A stretch of 64,000 bases of DNA, taken from assembly GCF_001447785.1 (NCBI RefSeq), contig NW_015172593.1, positions 236,811 through 300,810 of the forward strand, written 5' to 3'. A program made the translations under genes and the position numbers. Numbering within the stretch: position 1 is the stretch's first letter; each line of letters opens with the position of its first letter. Shown here piece by piece: positions 13,008-24,529 of this stretch. Below the pieces are notes generated by a model that worked only from the letters and a program-made list of their open reading frames with translations, did no database searches and was not told the origin of the DNA. The stretch comes from Gekko japonicus (taxonomy: Eukaryota).

Positions 13008-13223
13008 GTAAGAGGTCGCGAGGAAGCGGGGTGGACTTTGAGTTCCTGCTCTTCCACACGCGCGCACGCCCCCCCCCCCACCTCTAGAGCAGGGCCTCTG
13101 TCACTGAACTGGCACGCCAGACAAAACTCCCAAGAGATGTGATTTTTCTTACCGCGGAAACTTCTGCCATCCCAGGTTAAGAACTTGATACTGGGATAGT
13201 AGAATATTTAAGGGTGGTAGTTG

Positions 13224-13557
13224 GACTGGAAGAAGATCAAATCAGTCAATCCTAAAAGAAATCAACCCTGACTGTTCCCTGGAAGGCCAGATAATGAAAC
13301 TGAAGCTCAAATACTTTGGCCACCAAATGAGAAGGGAGCACTCACTGGAGAAGACCCTGATGCTGGGAAAGATTGAAGGTCAAAGAAGACGGGGACGGCA
13401 AAGGATGAGATGGTTAGACAGTGTCATAGATGCAACAAACATGAAATTGAGCCAACTTCAGAGGACGGCGGAAGACAGGAGGGCCTGGCGTGATCTGGTC
13501 CATGGGGTCGCGAAGAGTCGGACTCGACTGTGCGACTGAACAGCAAAAACAACAAAA
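13224..13557 (+). mobile_element. BovB/RTE LINE 3' fragment
   Basis: ORF LKLKYFGHQMRREHSLEKTLMLGKIEGQRRRGRQRMRWLD...[11 protein letters not shown] is the RTE/BovB C-terminus; (CAA)n-like tail. Confidence 0.92.
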
Positions 13558-13718
13558 GTTGCAGTGTGTTGCTGGCTGGTTTTGTTTTTTTTACACATAA
13601 CATATGTACTTACTTTCCATTATAAGGAGGGAAGGCATCAGTTCTGAAGAAGTGAGCTCCTACCCTACCACAAATTTTGTTAGTCTTTAAGGTGCGAGTG
13701 GACTCTTGCTCTTTGCTA

Positions 13719-13850
13719 CTCGTCAGATCTCAGCAGCTAAGCAGGGCGACCACCAAGGAAGGCTCTTCAGCCTCTGCTTCTCACTTGCCTTGAAAGCCCC
13801 TTGCTGGGGTTGCCATAAGTCAGCTGTGACTTAAACGCACTTTATACATG
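13719..13850 (+). mobile_element. 5S-derived SINE, internally deleted
   Basis: ctcgtcagatctcagcagctaagcaggg head and the same tail as 3688-3873. Confidence 0.7.
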
Positions 13851-13870
13851 CACACTTTCCATTACTGCAG

Positions 13871-14013
13871 GTACCAGATGCTTCTGAAGGAAGGAGACTC
13901 GGGGAAGCCGTTAGCAGATGGTTCTGGTGGAGTTAGCCTCTTGGGCCCAGCACGGCCATTGAGTCGGCAGGCTCTGATTAAGCTACTGGAAGCATCCGTG
14001 GTGCACAGGGATG
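13871..14013 (+). CDS. RPUSD3: RPUSD3 exon 2
   Basis: ag|...|gtacgt; LSRQALIKLLEASVVHRDG aligns with human LSREELVDALRAAVVDRKG as I recall it. Confidence 0.88.
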
Positions 14014-14382
14014 GTACGTTGACATATAAATGGCAGGGTTGAGAGGCCCTAAGCTGGCTTGGTTTGCTGATAGGGTTGGGTGGAGGAATGCCTGTGATGT
14101 CTCCTGTCAGGGTCGATGTCAGCCTACCTGGAGGTGCAGCGGTTAGTAGGCCCAGTGATTCCCCCCTCCCCCGGCACTACCTCTGCCTGCTTGTGAGTGT
14201 TCTGCTTACCTATGCAGGTGGAAAGGAATAGGTGGGAAGTGGGGGCAGGCGGTGGACAGGGAGGGGCCACTGGATACTCTGCTTAGCCCCAACCCCATCC
14301 TGGAACTAGCCCTGCCTCCTGTGTTAGAGGAATGGAAGAAGATTTATGCAGGTAACAGACTCAAGTGGGTAAGCAGCAGAAG

Positions 14383-14516
14383 AAAGCTTGAGTCCAGTGG
14401 CACCTTTAAGACCAACAAAGTTTTATTCTGGGTATAAGCTTTAGTGTGCATGCACACCAAAGCTTATACCTTGAATAAAACTTTGTTGGTCCTAAAGAGT
14501 ACTGGACTCAAGCTTT
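14383..14516. repeat. Fold-back palindrome made of two inverted Penelope-like repeat ends
   Basis: aagcttgagtccagt...gtataagcttt versus aaagcttatacc...actggactcaagctt, arms about 60 bp. Confidence 0.85.
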
Positions 14517-16193
14517 GTCATGCTGATAATGGTATTGCCTGGCAATGCATGTTGGCCACAAGGTTCATGCAACTGGTAACATTCACTTCCTTTGATGTGT
14601 ATTCATTTCCTGATGAAAAATAGTTCCAGGAGCTGTTCTGTTCCTATAAGAAGGATAATTTCAGAGGGGTAGCCATGCTTAATCCATTGCTGAAAAATTA
14701 GACAGGTATCCAGTGGTAACTTGAGGACTATCATCAATGTATTACAGCACAAACGTCTGTGGATCAGAGCCAACATCATCAGACGCATGAAGTGTACATT
14801 CATCAGACAGAGCTAGATTTGAGTCCAATAGCACCTCTGAGACCATCAAGAGTTTGGGGGTATAAGCTTTCGAGAGTCAAAGCTCCCTTTAAGAGATACA
14901 CTTATACCTGTAACTTAAAGTATAAATGTGTCTGCCTGATGGACAACAACTTAGGATGTGTTGTTATATTCAAGATGAAGATGCGTCTGATTTTGTGAGC
15001 TCTGACTCATGGAAGCTTATGCTGAAATAAATTTTGTTTGTATTTCAGGTGCCTCTAGAGTCTTGTTTAAGGAAGGACGTTTATCTCATGGGATCCTTAC
15101 AAACATTATGGTCATGCAAACCCAGTTTGCAAACCTTTGGAGAATTAATTATGCTTTGTTTGTTGCCCCCAGCAATATTTCTGGAGAACTCTACTAAATC
15201 ATCTTGCTTTGATTTGGTACAAACCACACAACTGTATGATAATAACAGCAAAGGTTCTGCTCCAGTTTTCTGTGACTTGCTAGAGCCAGCTGTGCAGCTT
15301 GGGGCTGAAACCCTGAACACTTACAGTGTTTAACACATTGTGTGTTGTAATAGGAACAGGAGAGTAGCAATAGCCAGACAGGGTCGGGCATGGGGAAGAG
15401 CTAATGAGTTTGAAAAATGGTCATTCCCAGTCTTTTTGGTATGTTGATCCACTCATCCAAATTTAATTAGTATGGTGACCCACTTAGAAAACCAAAGCAT
15501 GGACAAATGAATGAAACGGCAAAAGCCTGAGACCTGCTTTCACAGTTTCGCAACCCACTTTTGGGTTGGGAGTGGACCCACTGGTTGGAAGGAGCTGGTC
15601 CACCGAGCTTATGGTCCACCAAGCCGAAATTAGCCTGCTGTTCATGAATGGAGGCCTGCCGAGGGTTAGACATCCTTCTGTTTTTGCAAATCCAGGCAGG
15701 CTGAGAAGCCAGCCTGAGCTGTTTTTAGCTTGGAGGGGTGACCGGCTGTGCATGCTTGGGATAAATGTTGGTGTCAAAGCCAGTGGGCTGCATGTATGCC
15801 TTGGTTTCTCCATCAGAGGATTCCAAATTCTGCAGCAGAATCCCTTCTGCAACTGTGGACGTTTTAACCTTGCACGTTTATAGAATTAGTACACTTGCAC
15901 AACTTGTTTGTGTGTGTGTATTTCCACTCCTCTGCCTCCAGTTTTTGTGAATCTGGAATCTTCATTTCAGAAATTTAACTATTCAAAAGATACTAAGAAG
16001 AGAGGAACCCATCTGAGAGGAGGATGGGACAGCACAAAGGGACAGAGAGAACTCTGCTTAGCAGAATAGTCCCTGAATACAGAGAAATCCCTGAGCTGTG
16101 ACTGATATCGACAACATATTCCAAAATTGTACATCTTTGGAGTTTTGGATTGTGTGCGCCAATTATTCAATGACAAGCCCCTGAAGTACTGGA

Positions 16194-17036
16194 AATACTT
16201 CTACACACAGGGAGTGATTAAAATGTGGAATTCGCTGCCAGAGGATGTAGTGATAGTCACAGGAATAAACAGCTTTAAAAGGGGATTACACAAATTCATG
16301 GAGGACAAGTCTATCAGTGGCTACTAGCCATGGTGATTGAGGGGAACCTCCACATTCAGAGGCACTAATCCTCTGAATCCCAGAGCCAGGAGGCAACATC
16401 AGGGGAGGATCTTGACCTCTATGCCCTGTTGTTGGCCAGGGGCGTAGCCAGAAAACTTTGGTCGGTGGGGCATTGGGAAATCCTGTGGGGCAGGGAAGTG
16501 GGGGGGGGGAACAGGGGAGAGAGAGATCCTGTCGGCAGACGAAGAAGAGAAGGGTCTTTCCTTACCTTACCTTACAGAGCACATACTTGCTGAGTATTAA
16601 TTGCACCGGCCGGCTCTCGTTCTCCTCGGCCAGGCAACAGGGCAATGAGCGAGTAGATGAGGCAGGTAGGGCCTTTCTGCTTTATCTGCCTGCCTGCTTG
16701 GCCTGGTTAATACTCCGCAAATGTGCGCTCCACACTACAGTAGCAGTGGGCCTCACCCGCCCACTTCTGTAGCACAGAGTGCATACTCACTGAGTATTAA
16801 TTGCACTGGCTGGCTGGCTCTCCACCTGTAGAGGCCAAGGTGAACAAGTGTGGCCAGCAGGTAAAGGGCGTGGGCCATGAGTGGGAGTTGTGGGGCGTGG
16901 GCTTTGAGTGATGGGGCATGTGCCCCACTGTGGCTACGCCCCTCTTGGCCCTGCAGAGGAACTGGTTGGCCACTGTGTGAGACAGTATGCTGGACTAGAT
17001 GGACCATTGATCTGATTCAGCAGGGCTCTTATGTTC
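16194..17036 (+). mobile_element. CR1 LINE 3' fragment interrupted by a hAT-like element (16437-16943)
   Basis: CR1 C-terminal frame FYTQGVIKMWNSLPEDVV..FKRGLHKFM; inner TIRs caggggcgtagcca / tggctacgcccct; ttatgttc tail. Confidence 0.75.
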
Positions 17037-17055
17037 TGTTGTTTTTTTGTTTCAG

Positions 17056-17100
17056 GTGCACTTGTGGCTATCAGCAAACCCCCCGGCTTGTCTGTAGCAG
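17056..17100 (+). CDS. RPUSD3: RPUSD3 exon 3
   Basis: GALVAISKPPGLSVAG (RluA motif I, NKPxG-like); canonical ag/gt. Confidence 0.93.
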
Positions 17101-17332
17101 GTAGGTATACCTGTGCAGCTGCGGCAGTTGTACTGTATGACTAGGGGGAGCACTGGAGGAGCGGAAGTGTGCTACCAAAGTAGAACTAGATTGAGGAGAA
17201 CAGTTGTAGTGAGAGAAGGAAAGCAAACCTCTGTCAGAGTAGGGAATGGTCTCTCCTTTGGTCATGAGTCATGGATGAGAGGTTGCTGGATTTGTGTGAC
17301 ATTGACCCAAGTTTCTTCTTCTGTGCTTACAG

Positions 17333-17429
17333 GAAAACCAGATGACATGACTTTGGTTTCTCTTCTGCCTGATCTAAGCCAGAAACTGGGCCTCTCGCAG
17401 GATGTGCAGGTGATCAAAGCTCCAGGAAA
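17333..17429 (+). CDS. RPUSD3: RPUSD3 exon 4
   Basis: GKPDDMTLVSLLPDLSQKLGLSQDVQVIKAPGK; ag/gtaagt. Confidence 0.93.
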
Positions 17430-17898
17430 GTAAGTGAGATGCAGTGCTGGGAAGACTGACATTAGGCTGCCCACAGAAAGGATTAGTCTCCTTACAGCAG
17501 GATAAGCTGTGGAGCTGCAGTGATAGAACGGATGGGAAGATACACCACCGTGGCTCTGCCAGTTCTGCATTTGATAGTGGATAGTGCAATGGATCCCGGC
17601 TCAAATCCCATTTCTGTCAAGGACTGCAAATTACTGTTTTCCTGCTTCAGTACCCAGGATGGGAATATGAATATAAATTATTACTGCTGTGTATTTTTTT
17701 TTTTAAAAAAATATTTCATAGGATCGCTAGTGTTACTCACTGCTGAGCATGCTAATCGTAGTTGTTTGAAATCGACCTCCTTCCCGCTGCCCCCAAAGTT
17801 TTTTTCCTTAGAACGTAGCTTAGACACAAACCTTTTAAACTGATTTAATTTTTTGTTGTACAGTCCCAGCAGTTGCTAAGTCTGTCGTGTCTTCCCAG

Positions 17899-18006
17899 GG
17901 AAAGTTCTGGACTTGTGCTGCTTTCGGATTGCCAGAGCACGATCCGGCAGTTCCAGGAATTCTATGCCAAGTGTAACAAAGCAAGACGTCCAGTGGCTAC
18001 CTACTG
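17899..18006 (+). CDS. RPUSD3: RPUSD3 exon 5
   Basis: ESSGLVLLSDCQSTIRQFQEFYAKCNKARRPVATYC; ag/gtgaat. Confidence 0.93.
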
Positions 18007-18200
18007 GTGAATCCGACGTTCTCCTTTCTCCTTGTTGCTACCGATAGTGGGGGGGAGGAGGAGGAGGAGGGAGTGATGATTCCAAAGGAGAGGGGGGGGA
18101 AGTGCTTCAGGATCCCCTTCTGCCGGCCCCCATTTCTCACATAGCTTTGCTAGGCCTTAGCATGTCTGAACAGTCTGACGATGAACCCCTCTCTCCTTAG

Positions 18201-18285
18201 TGCCGTCACGACCAGGGTGCCTGCAGACTCGGAGGGCGAAATCCGGACAGGCCTCAAGCTGATACGCAAGGAAGATTCTGAGCTG
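18201..18285 (+). CDS. RPUSD3: RPUSD3 exon 6
   Basis: AVTTRVPADSEGEIRTGLKLIRKEDSEL; ag/gtgagg. Confidence 0.92.
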
Positions 18286-18537
18286 GTGAGGAAAGCATTC
18301 ATGGGGAAGGCAAATGGTTCTGAGGAGCTTGCCACAGCTCACGGGGGAGGAGGGCAGGTTGCTCCAGTTTATGTTCAGCGGATTCCTCTGCAAAGCCAAC
18401 ATTGGGTATTGCCTCCTGTGGCATCCAGCAGCCCGGATTGGAGGGCCATAGGGATTACCTGGGCACCGGTTAGCTGCTGCTGTTGCCGAGGGTCGGCAGG
18501 GAACGCTCCATCTCATGGGGCTGGGTGTGGTTTGCAG

Positions 18538-18664
18538 GTGGTGCCGGTGGCTTCTCCGTCTCGTGGCAGCCTCCAGAGGAGGGAGGTGAAGGACACACGG
18601 ACGCATTACAAGGTGTTGGACTCCCAAGATCAGTGTGCCTTGGTGCAGCTTCAGCCGCTGACAG
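18538..18664 (+). CDS. RPUSD3: RPUSD3 exon 7
   Basis: VVPVASPSRGSLQRREVKDTRTHYKVLDSQDQCALVQLQPLT; ag/gtgtgg. Confidence 0.92.
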
Positions 18665-19042
18665 GTGTGGTACAAAGATGTGCAGCCACTGAGCAGGCCC
18701 TGCAGAGTTGAGACAGCAGAGGAGGGGGGGGTCACTGGGAGGAGCATTGCTTTCCACTGCACAGCAAAAAAGAGGTGGGTGGGGAATGACTTCAGCAGAA
18801 TGCAGCTCGAGTCCCAAACATGTTAGTCTTTCTCCATCAAGCCACAGGCCCGGCTGCATTCCTAACCCAAGATTAAAGATTTGTGGATATACTCTGTGCG
18901 CATATAACCTGAGATCCAGCACAGCAAACCCCAAAACTATTTTGTGGGTGAAATGGCAAGTATCTAGCCCTCGTGGTTGTAGACAAACAGCCGTGAACAT
19001 TCTTTACTTACAGGCTTAGACACCAAATTTATTTACTTACTT

Positions 19043-19330
19043 TTGGTGTAGTGGTTAAAGTGCACAGACTCTAATCTGGGAGAACCAGATTTGATTCCCT
19101 GCTCCTCCACTTGCAGCTGCTAGATGATCTTGGGCAAGTCATAGTTCTGTCAGAGCTGTCCTTGAAAGAGCGGTAGAGCTGTCCTTGAAAGAGTGGTTTT
19201 TGAAAGAGCTCTCTCAGCCCCACCTACCTCACAGGGTGTCTGTTGTGGGGAAGGGAGGGGAAAGGAGTCTGTAAGCCGCTCTGAGACTCTGAGTGAAGGG
19301 TGGGGTATAAATCTAATCTCCTCCTCCTTT
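19043..19330 (+). mobile_element. tRNA-derived SINE (Squam3-like)
   Basis: A/B boxes, shared body, internal duplication of agagctgtccttgaaagag. Confidence 0.85.
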
Positions 19331-20204
19331 ATTTGTAGTCCACCTTTCTTACTGAGACTCAAGGTGGATTACAGTGTTTTTAAAAAGTATTTCATTCTTC
19401 TGGGCTCATTTTTTACTTCTTTCCTCTTAATACCTCTCCCCTGCTTACTTTCCTATAACTCCCCATTCTAATCCATGCTTTTCCTTTTACGTGGCTTTTG
19501 TCACTATTGTAGGCAACTCTGAAAAGGGGTTAGACAAATTCTGGGAGGATAGTTCCATCTATGGCTGTTACTGGGGGGTGGGATGGGGGCACACACACTG
19601 AATGGGACCTCCACGCTCAGTGTACCTTTGAATGCCAAATGCTGGGAGACAAAAAAACAAAACAGGCGAAGACTTTGGCTGCTGTGCCTTCCTTGTGCAC
19701 CTGATTGGCCACTGTGGGGAACAGGAGGCTGGATAGGTGGGTGTCAGCATATTGGAAGCGCAAATAATGACTCAATCCAGAGTTGGCTAGTGCTGAACTA
19801 TTTACAGTGGTTTATTTACAGCAATATAGACATACAGTCCATATAGCACTTGCAGCATCCAATTCTCCAGGCAAACTGACAAAGTGCTTCGCATATAATC
19901 CAACTCACAGGAGTGATGAAGAACACACAAGACTGTACTGAATATATACGTCTCAGCACCAGTCAGATTGAAGTGCTGACTCATGGTGACAGTAGTCAGG
20001 ATGATGCAACCTATGCTCTGGTGACTTGTCACATGACACTCCCCATCTGTCACCACAGATCAAGATGATCTGATAGACTACCTTTACCTTTACCTTGGCT
20101 GTCATCTTGCTCGCTGTACATCATAGTATGCCGTCAGTGGGACCATTGGTTTGCTCTAGCTATGTAGAGCTATGTAAAATAGAGGTGCTGTTGCCCAGAG
20201 CTGG

Positions 20205-20410
20205 ATGGCCCAGGCTAGTCCAGTCTCATCAAATCTCAGAAGCTAAGCAGGGTCAGCCCTGGTTAATACTTGGATGGGAGACCACCCAGGAAGTCCAGGC
20301 TTTGCTAAGCAGATGCAGGCAATGGCCAACCACCCTCTGCTTGTCTCTGGCCTTGGGAGCCCCCGTGGGGTTGCCCTAAGTCTGCTGCAGCTTGACAGCA
20401 CTCTCCACTA
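20205..20410 (+). mobile_element. 5S-derived SINE
   Basis: tctcagaagctaagcagggtcagccctggttaatacttggatgggagacc closely resembles the 5S internal control region. Confidence 0.75.
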
Positions 20411-20613
20411 CCTGGATGCTGCAGGATAACAGTGCAGGATGTAATTTTATTCTAAGGGCAAAGTTCAGGCTTCCTGGGGACACAATCATAGTTGAGCAGT
20501 TCTTGGGTTTTGTGGGTGCGGCACTCTGCCCTACTCAAAGCGGAGGTCAAGCTGCTGTCGTTTGTGGGATGCACCCTTCAGTCTTGACTCGTTTTTTTCT
20601 TTCTTTTTGGCAG

Positions 20614-20753
20614 CTTTCCCATGTCAACTCCTGGTGCATCTGACACTGATACTGAGTCCAGCCCTAGGGGACCACGTGCATTCTTCCCGCGTAGGGACAG
20701 TCCTGGGGGAGCCCTTCCTCTTGCCCCCTGAGAGTACCCCGCCTCGGACACAG
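20614..20753 (+). CDS. RPUSD3: RPUSD3 exon 8
   Basis: AFPCQLLVHLTLILSPALGDHVHSSRVGTVLGEPFLLPPESTPPRTQ; ag/gtacca. Confidence 0.93.
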
Positions 20754-20820
20754 GTACCACTCTAGAACTGGTTCTGCCTCACTTGCTTCTAAGACAGCTA
20801 TGGAGGAACTTGGTGGGAGT

Positions 20821-21026
20821 CAACGCTCCCTCTAAGCCGTGGAGTCTTGTGAGCAAAAATTCTACTTTGTGAGCTATTGGTATTAAAGTTGTGAGTGAGC
20901 AATTTGGCTGCTGCATACATTAGTTTGCTCTGGAGCCATCCCTCCTGAGCTAAGGCAAAAATGTATGAGCCAGAGGCTAGAAAACTGTGAGCTGGCTCAC
21001 ACTAACTCAGCTTAGAGGGAACACTA
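20821..21026 (-). mobile_element. hAT-type MITE
   Basis: Reverse-orientation copy of 6347-6550. Confidence 0.8.
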
Positions 21027-22269
21027 GTGGGGTGTAGACGAAGACTCTCTTTTATGTTCTCAGGCTATTATTTAAGTAACTTTTAATGGGAGAACTTTAT
21101 TAGACCAGTTGCCAGTTTACATTGGGAAGTGGGCCTTGCCCCCCAAGTCCTGTGCATGCTTTTGTACATCTCTCTCTTGCACATGCAAGGTTGTGCAAGC
21201 ACATTCCTGCATAGTGTTCTTTCATACGTATATTTTGTTTGCAAGTGCCAGCTTAGTTGTGATCTGTGCTGAGCTGGTGAATATGAAGGTGCTTAGTGAC
21301 CTTAGAATATGCTACAGCTGGCTGATAAAACCCATAGAGATGGGACCGGCACTGGGCAGAAGCAGGGTATAAGCTAATGAGTAGGAGCTGGGAAGAGAAT
21401 TGTAAGGTCCCTGCACAGGAGCTGCACAGCTTGAGACTCACCATTTTTGGTTCACAGAGCCAAGGTTTGGTTTAGCATAATGACTGGATCGGAACTCAGA
21501 GCCTCTCACGGTGGGGGGACGGTTACTTGCTGTGGACTGGAATTCTACTGGTATTTCCTGAAATCTTATTTGCCCTACCTTCGGTTTTGTTTGATAGCAC
21601 TGAATATGGACCAGAAACGTATTAAATATTGAGTGAAAACAGGAATGTTAGTGAGGCACGATGGGATATTTAATGAACCAGTGCAGTGGAGGGAATATTG
21701 TGCTTGGACATCAGGTCTGGGTCCAAATTCCTGCCCCACCAAGGAACTCGCTGTCTGGCCCTGAAGAAAATTGCTGTTCCTTCCCAAGATTATTGCAGGG
21801 ATACCACTTCAGATGTGAGAACCGCCAGATACGGCCACTTGTCAAAATTGTATGAGTAGTTTTGGATTGATCTCCCTCTTCAGTGTTGCAACTGAGAATC
21901 CATGCCTGTCCTGGCTGATAAAACCATGTTAAAACAAAAGGCTGCTCTTGTCAAAATAGTTAATCTTTGGCAGAATGTAGGTTTCCAAAATCATTCTGGG
22001 GAAGCCTTTTGTATAAGCTTCCCATGATGAGAGAGGATTTGACCAATGATAGGTCTCTGTCCAGTCTTCTCTTACTGGGCGATTCATCTCTATACTTTCG
22101 TAGAAATGTGTAATCCCTCAAGACCTGAGATTCTCCACAGTGTTTTCAGATGAGATGATTCAAAGCTAAATGAGATAATTCAGATTTCTGGAGTCGGTGA
22201 AGGCACCTAGCTCTAGATGATGCTTTTCTGAAGCAGCTGTCTTGGCTTGGAAGTTGGAAGTGGTGGTTG

Positions 22270-22740
22270 ACTGCGTGTAGCTGAATTCAGACAAGACAGA
22301 TGGGATGTTGGTTGGGAGAGCGGATGCTTTGTGAGAGATTCACTGGTGTGAAGTTATCATTGGCAGGTCAGTCCTGAAGCGCTCTTGGGCCCATCTTTAT
22401 TAACGGAAGAACTGGCTAGAACTAGTGAAAGATAGGAGAGGTTTCTTTCGTCGGTGCCCGATTTGGAAACTGTGTCCTCCCTCCATAGCAGACTCCCCTG
22501 ACCTAGTCACCTTGCTCCATGCTCCCCTAACTGCTAGTCTGGACTGTTGCCACAGGCTCTGTGTGGTGCTGCCCTTTGAGGCAACCCAATTAGGGCAGAA
22601 TGTGGCTGCTCAACCAGCTGCCGTGCACACATAAACACCGAGTTTGGCACAGTTGCACGGACTTCTGATTTGCCTCCAAGGTCAAGATACTGGCTATGAA
22701 CTGGGACCCACATGCCGGAAGGACCACCTCCACCTGTATG
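22270..22740 (+). mobile_element. Old L2/CR1-group LINE fragment
   Basis: Degenerate LVTLLHA..ASLDCC...QNVAA resembles the L2 RT C-terminal region. Confidence 0.6.
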
Positions 22741-23259
22741 GAACCATGATGTTCCTTACTGCAGTTGTTTCCTTCTGTCCCTCCTCTGTGTGTGCCACCG
22801 CCAGGCATCCTCACTTGCCGCCCCCATCCTATGGACTGGATGGCCAGAAACAGTTCAAAACGACACCCGTGTGATTGGCCAGTCACAAGACCTGTATGAC
22901 TGTTCTCCTCAGTGTGTGCGTGGGAGGGTGTTCCCCCCCCTCCCCTACAAGTCAGTTCTTAAACTGAGAGCGTGCTGTCTTTTGCTGGCAGGTGATGAAT
23001 GGGTGGTTCGCTTTTCCTTGGAGACCTCGGTGATCTTTGATAACATACTTGCGTTCATTTTTTTTTGTGCGCTCCTTGGCTGATGGTCAGGGCTGCATAC
23101 TGCCTTGGACTATGCAGGAAGGATGGAATGTAAATATTTTAAGTACAGAAGAACAAAGTGAGACTGCCGAGATTTGCTGTTGGGGCTAGCATGGTGAATA
23201 CTAAAATAAAGGCCGTTAAGCACTTGGCTAAGGGGGTGTTCTTTCCTCTCTCTTGCTAG

Positions 23260-23538
23260 GTCCTGGACGAGGCTCTGTTGTGCAAGCTGGGCTTGAAGCA
23301 GCTGCAAGTGCATCGCCTGCCCCTTCACCTCCACCTGCACCAGCTCCTCCTGCCCACTGCCACCTCCTCTGCCTCCAGCACGGTGCTGACGGCTCCTCCT
23401 CCTCCCTTTTTCCTGCAGACACTGAGTCTTCTGGGGCTCCGTCTTGCGACAGAAGAAACACGACAAAGGCATCCAGAGCCTCTGCCCCGACCTGGCAAGA
23501 CTCGTGCCTGCCCCCGTAAAGTAGGAACAGTAGCCTAA
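23260..23538 (+). CDS. RPUSD3: RPUSD3 exon 9 (terminal)
   Basis: VLDEALLCKLGL...LPLHLHLHQLLLP...APPPPFFLQTLSLLGLRL...*; joined CDS 1131 nt = 376 aa plus stop. Confidence 0.93.
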   Translation, partial: VLDEALLCKLGLKQLQVHRLPLHLHLHQLLLPTATSSASSTVLTAPPPPFFLQTLSLLGLRLATEETRQRHPEPLPRPGKTRACPRKVGTVA

Positions 23539-24523
23539 AGCCAGGGGAATGAAGGCTTCTTTGGAAAGGCTGGGCCCCGTTGCTGCAGACAGAGAACCCC
23601 TGCTGGCCAGGTGCACACAGTGAAAAGCGAAGAGTGTCATTTAGTGGCAAAGGCTGGTTTTGTGACCTTTGCCGCTCTGAGGGTTGCCCGGTCTTACTGG
23701 CCTTCCAGCGGTGGGCTCCTGGGCCCATGCTTGGATCTTCTGGCGCACGTGATAGAGTTTTTGGCCAAAATGCTAGAGCGTCAAATGCACAATGTGCCTG
23801 GTGCAAAACGACATCACATTGTGCTGACGTCGTCGACATGATAGGGGTTGTTTGGCAGTGGGGCTTCCCCCACTGGCCAGCAGTGTGTTGGAGCCCCCAA
23901 AATCGGGGGAACCCTTGCCCTGACCGGAGGTCTGGCAGCCCTAACAGAGGTGAGAGCTATTTGTTTCAAGGCTTCTTGCAGAGCAAAGGCAGCATCTGAG
24001 ACCCAAGTTCAGCTCTAGGGGTTGTAGTTGCCCTGAGGGGTAGAATGGCAGGGGGGGCTCAGCTTCTGCCTCGGAGTTTCCAGGTGCCCTGGCAGAATGA
24101 GTTTGGGCGCAGTTCAAGGCGTAACCATGTCCTATTAAAATCAATGGCATTTAGGCATACCTATTTTTTTAGGCATCGGCTGCCGCTTAGTACAGTGGTG
24201 CAATACATTTAGAAAAGGCATCGCCCAGCCATTAGGTTGCTCACCTTGGGAGGACCTAAAGAGGCTTTGGGCAGTGTTCTCGTCCCCTTAGAGGCTGATG
24301 CTTTTGGACTGTGCTGGTGATGAGGGTCTGGCCTCTCTCCCAAGACCTCTTTTTGCTGTGGGAGGATCACAAGCCTGGAAATGGTGCAGAGGAACCGCTT
24401 TAGCCTTCCTGTCCTGTCTTCTCTCTCCCCCCCCCCACTCCAGTACTTCTTTGGCAAAAGAGAGGTCTTGCTGAATTTGTTCCAGAGGAGATCCCCCTGC
24501 TGTGTATGCATTTTAAAAAATTC

Positions 24524-24529
24524 AATAAA
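24524..24529 (+). terminator. Putative RPUSD3 polyadenylation signal AATAAA
   Basis: First clear aataaa about 1 kb after the stop, followed by GT/T-rich sequence. Confidence 0.5.
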
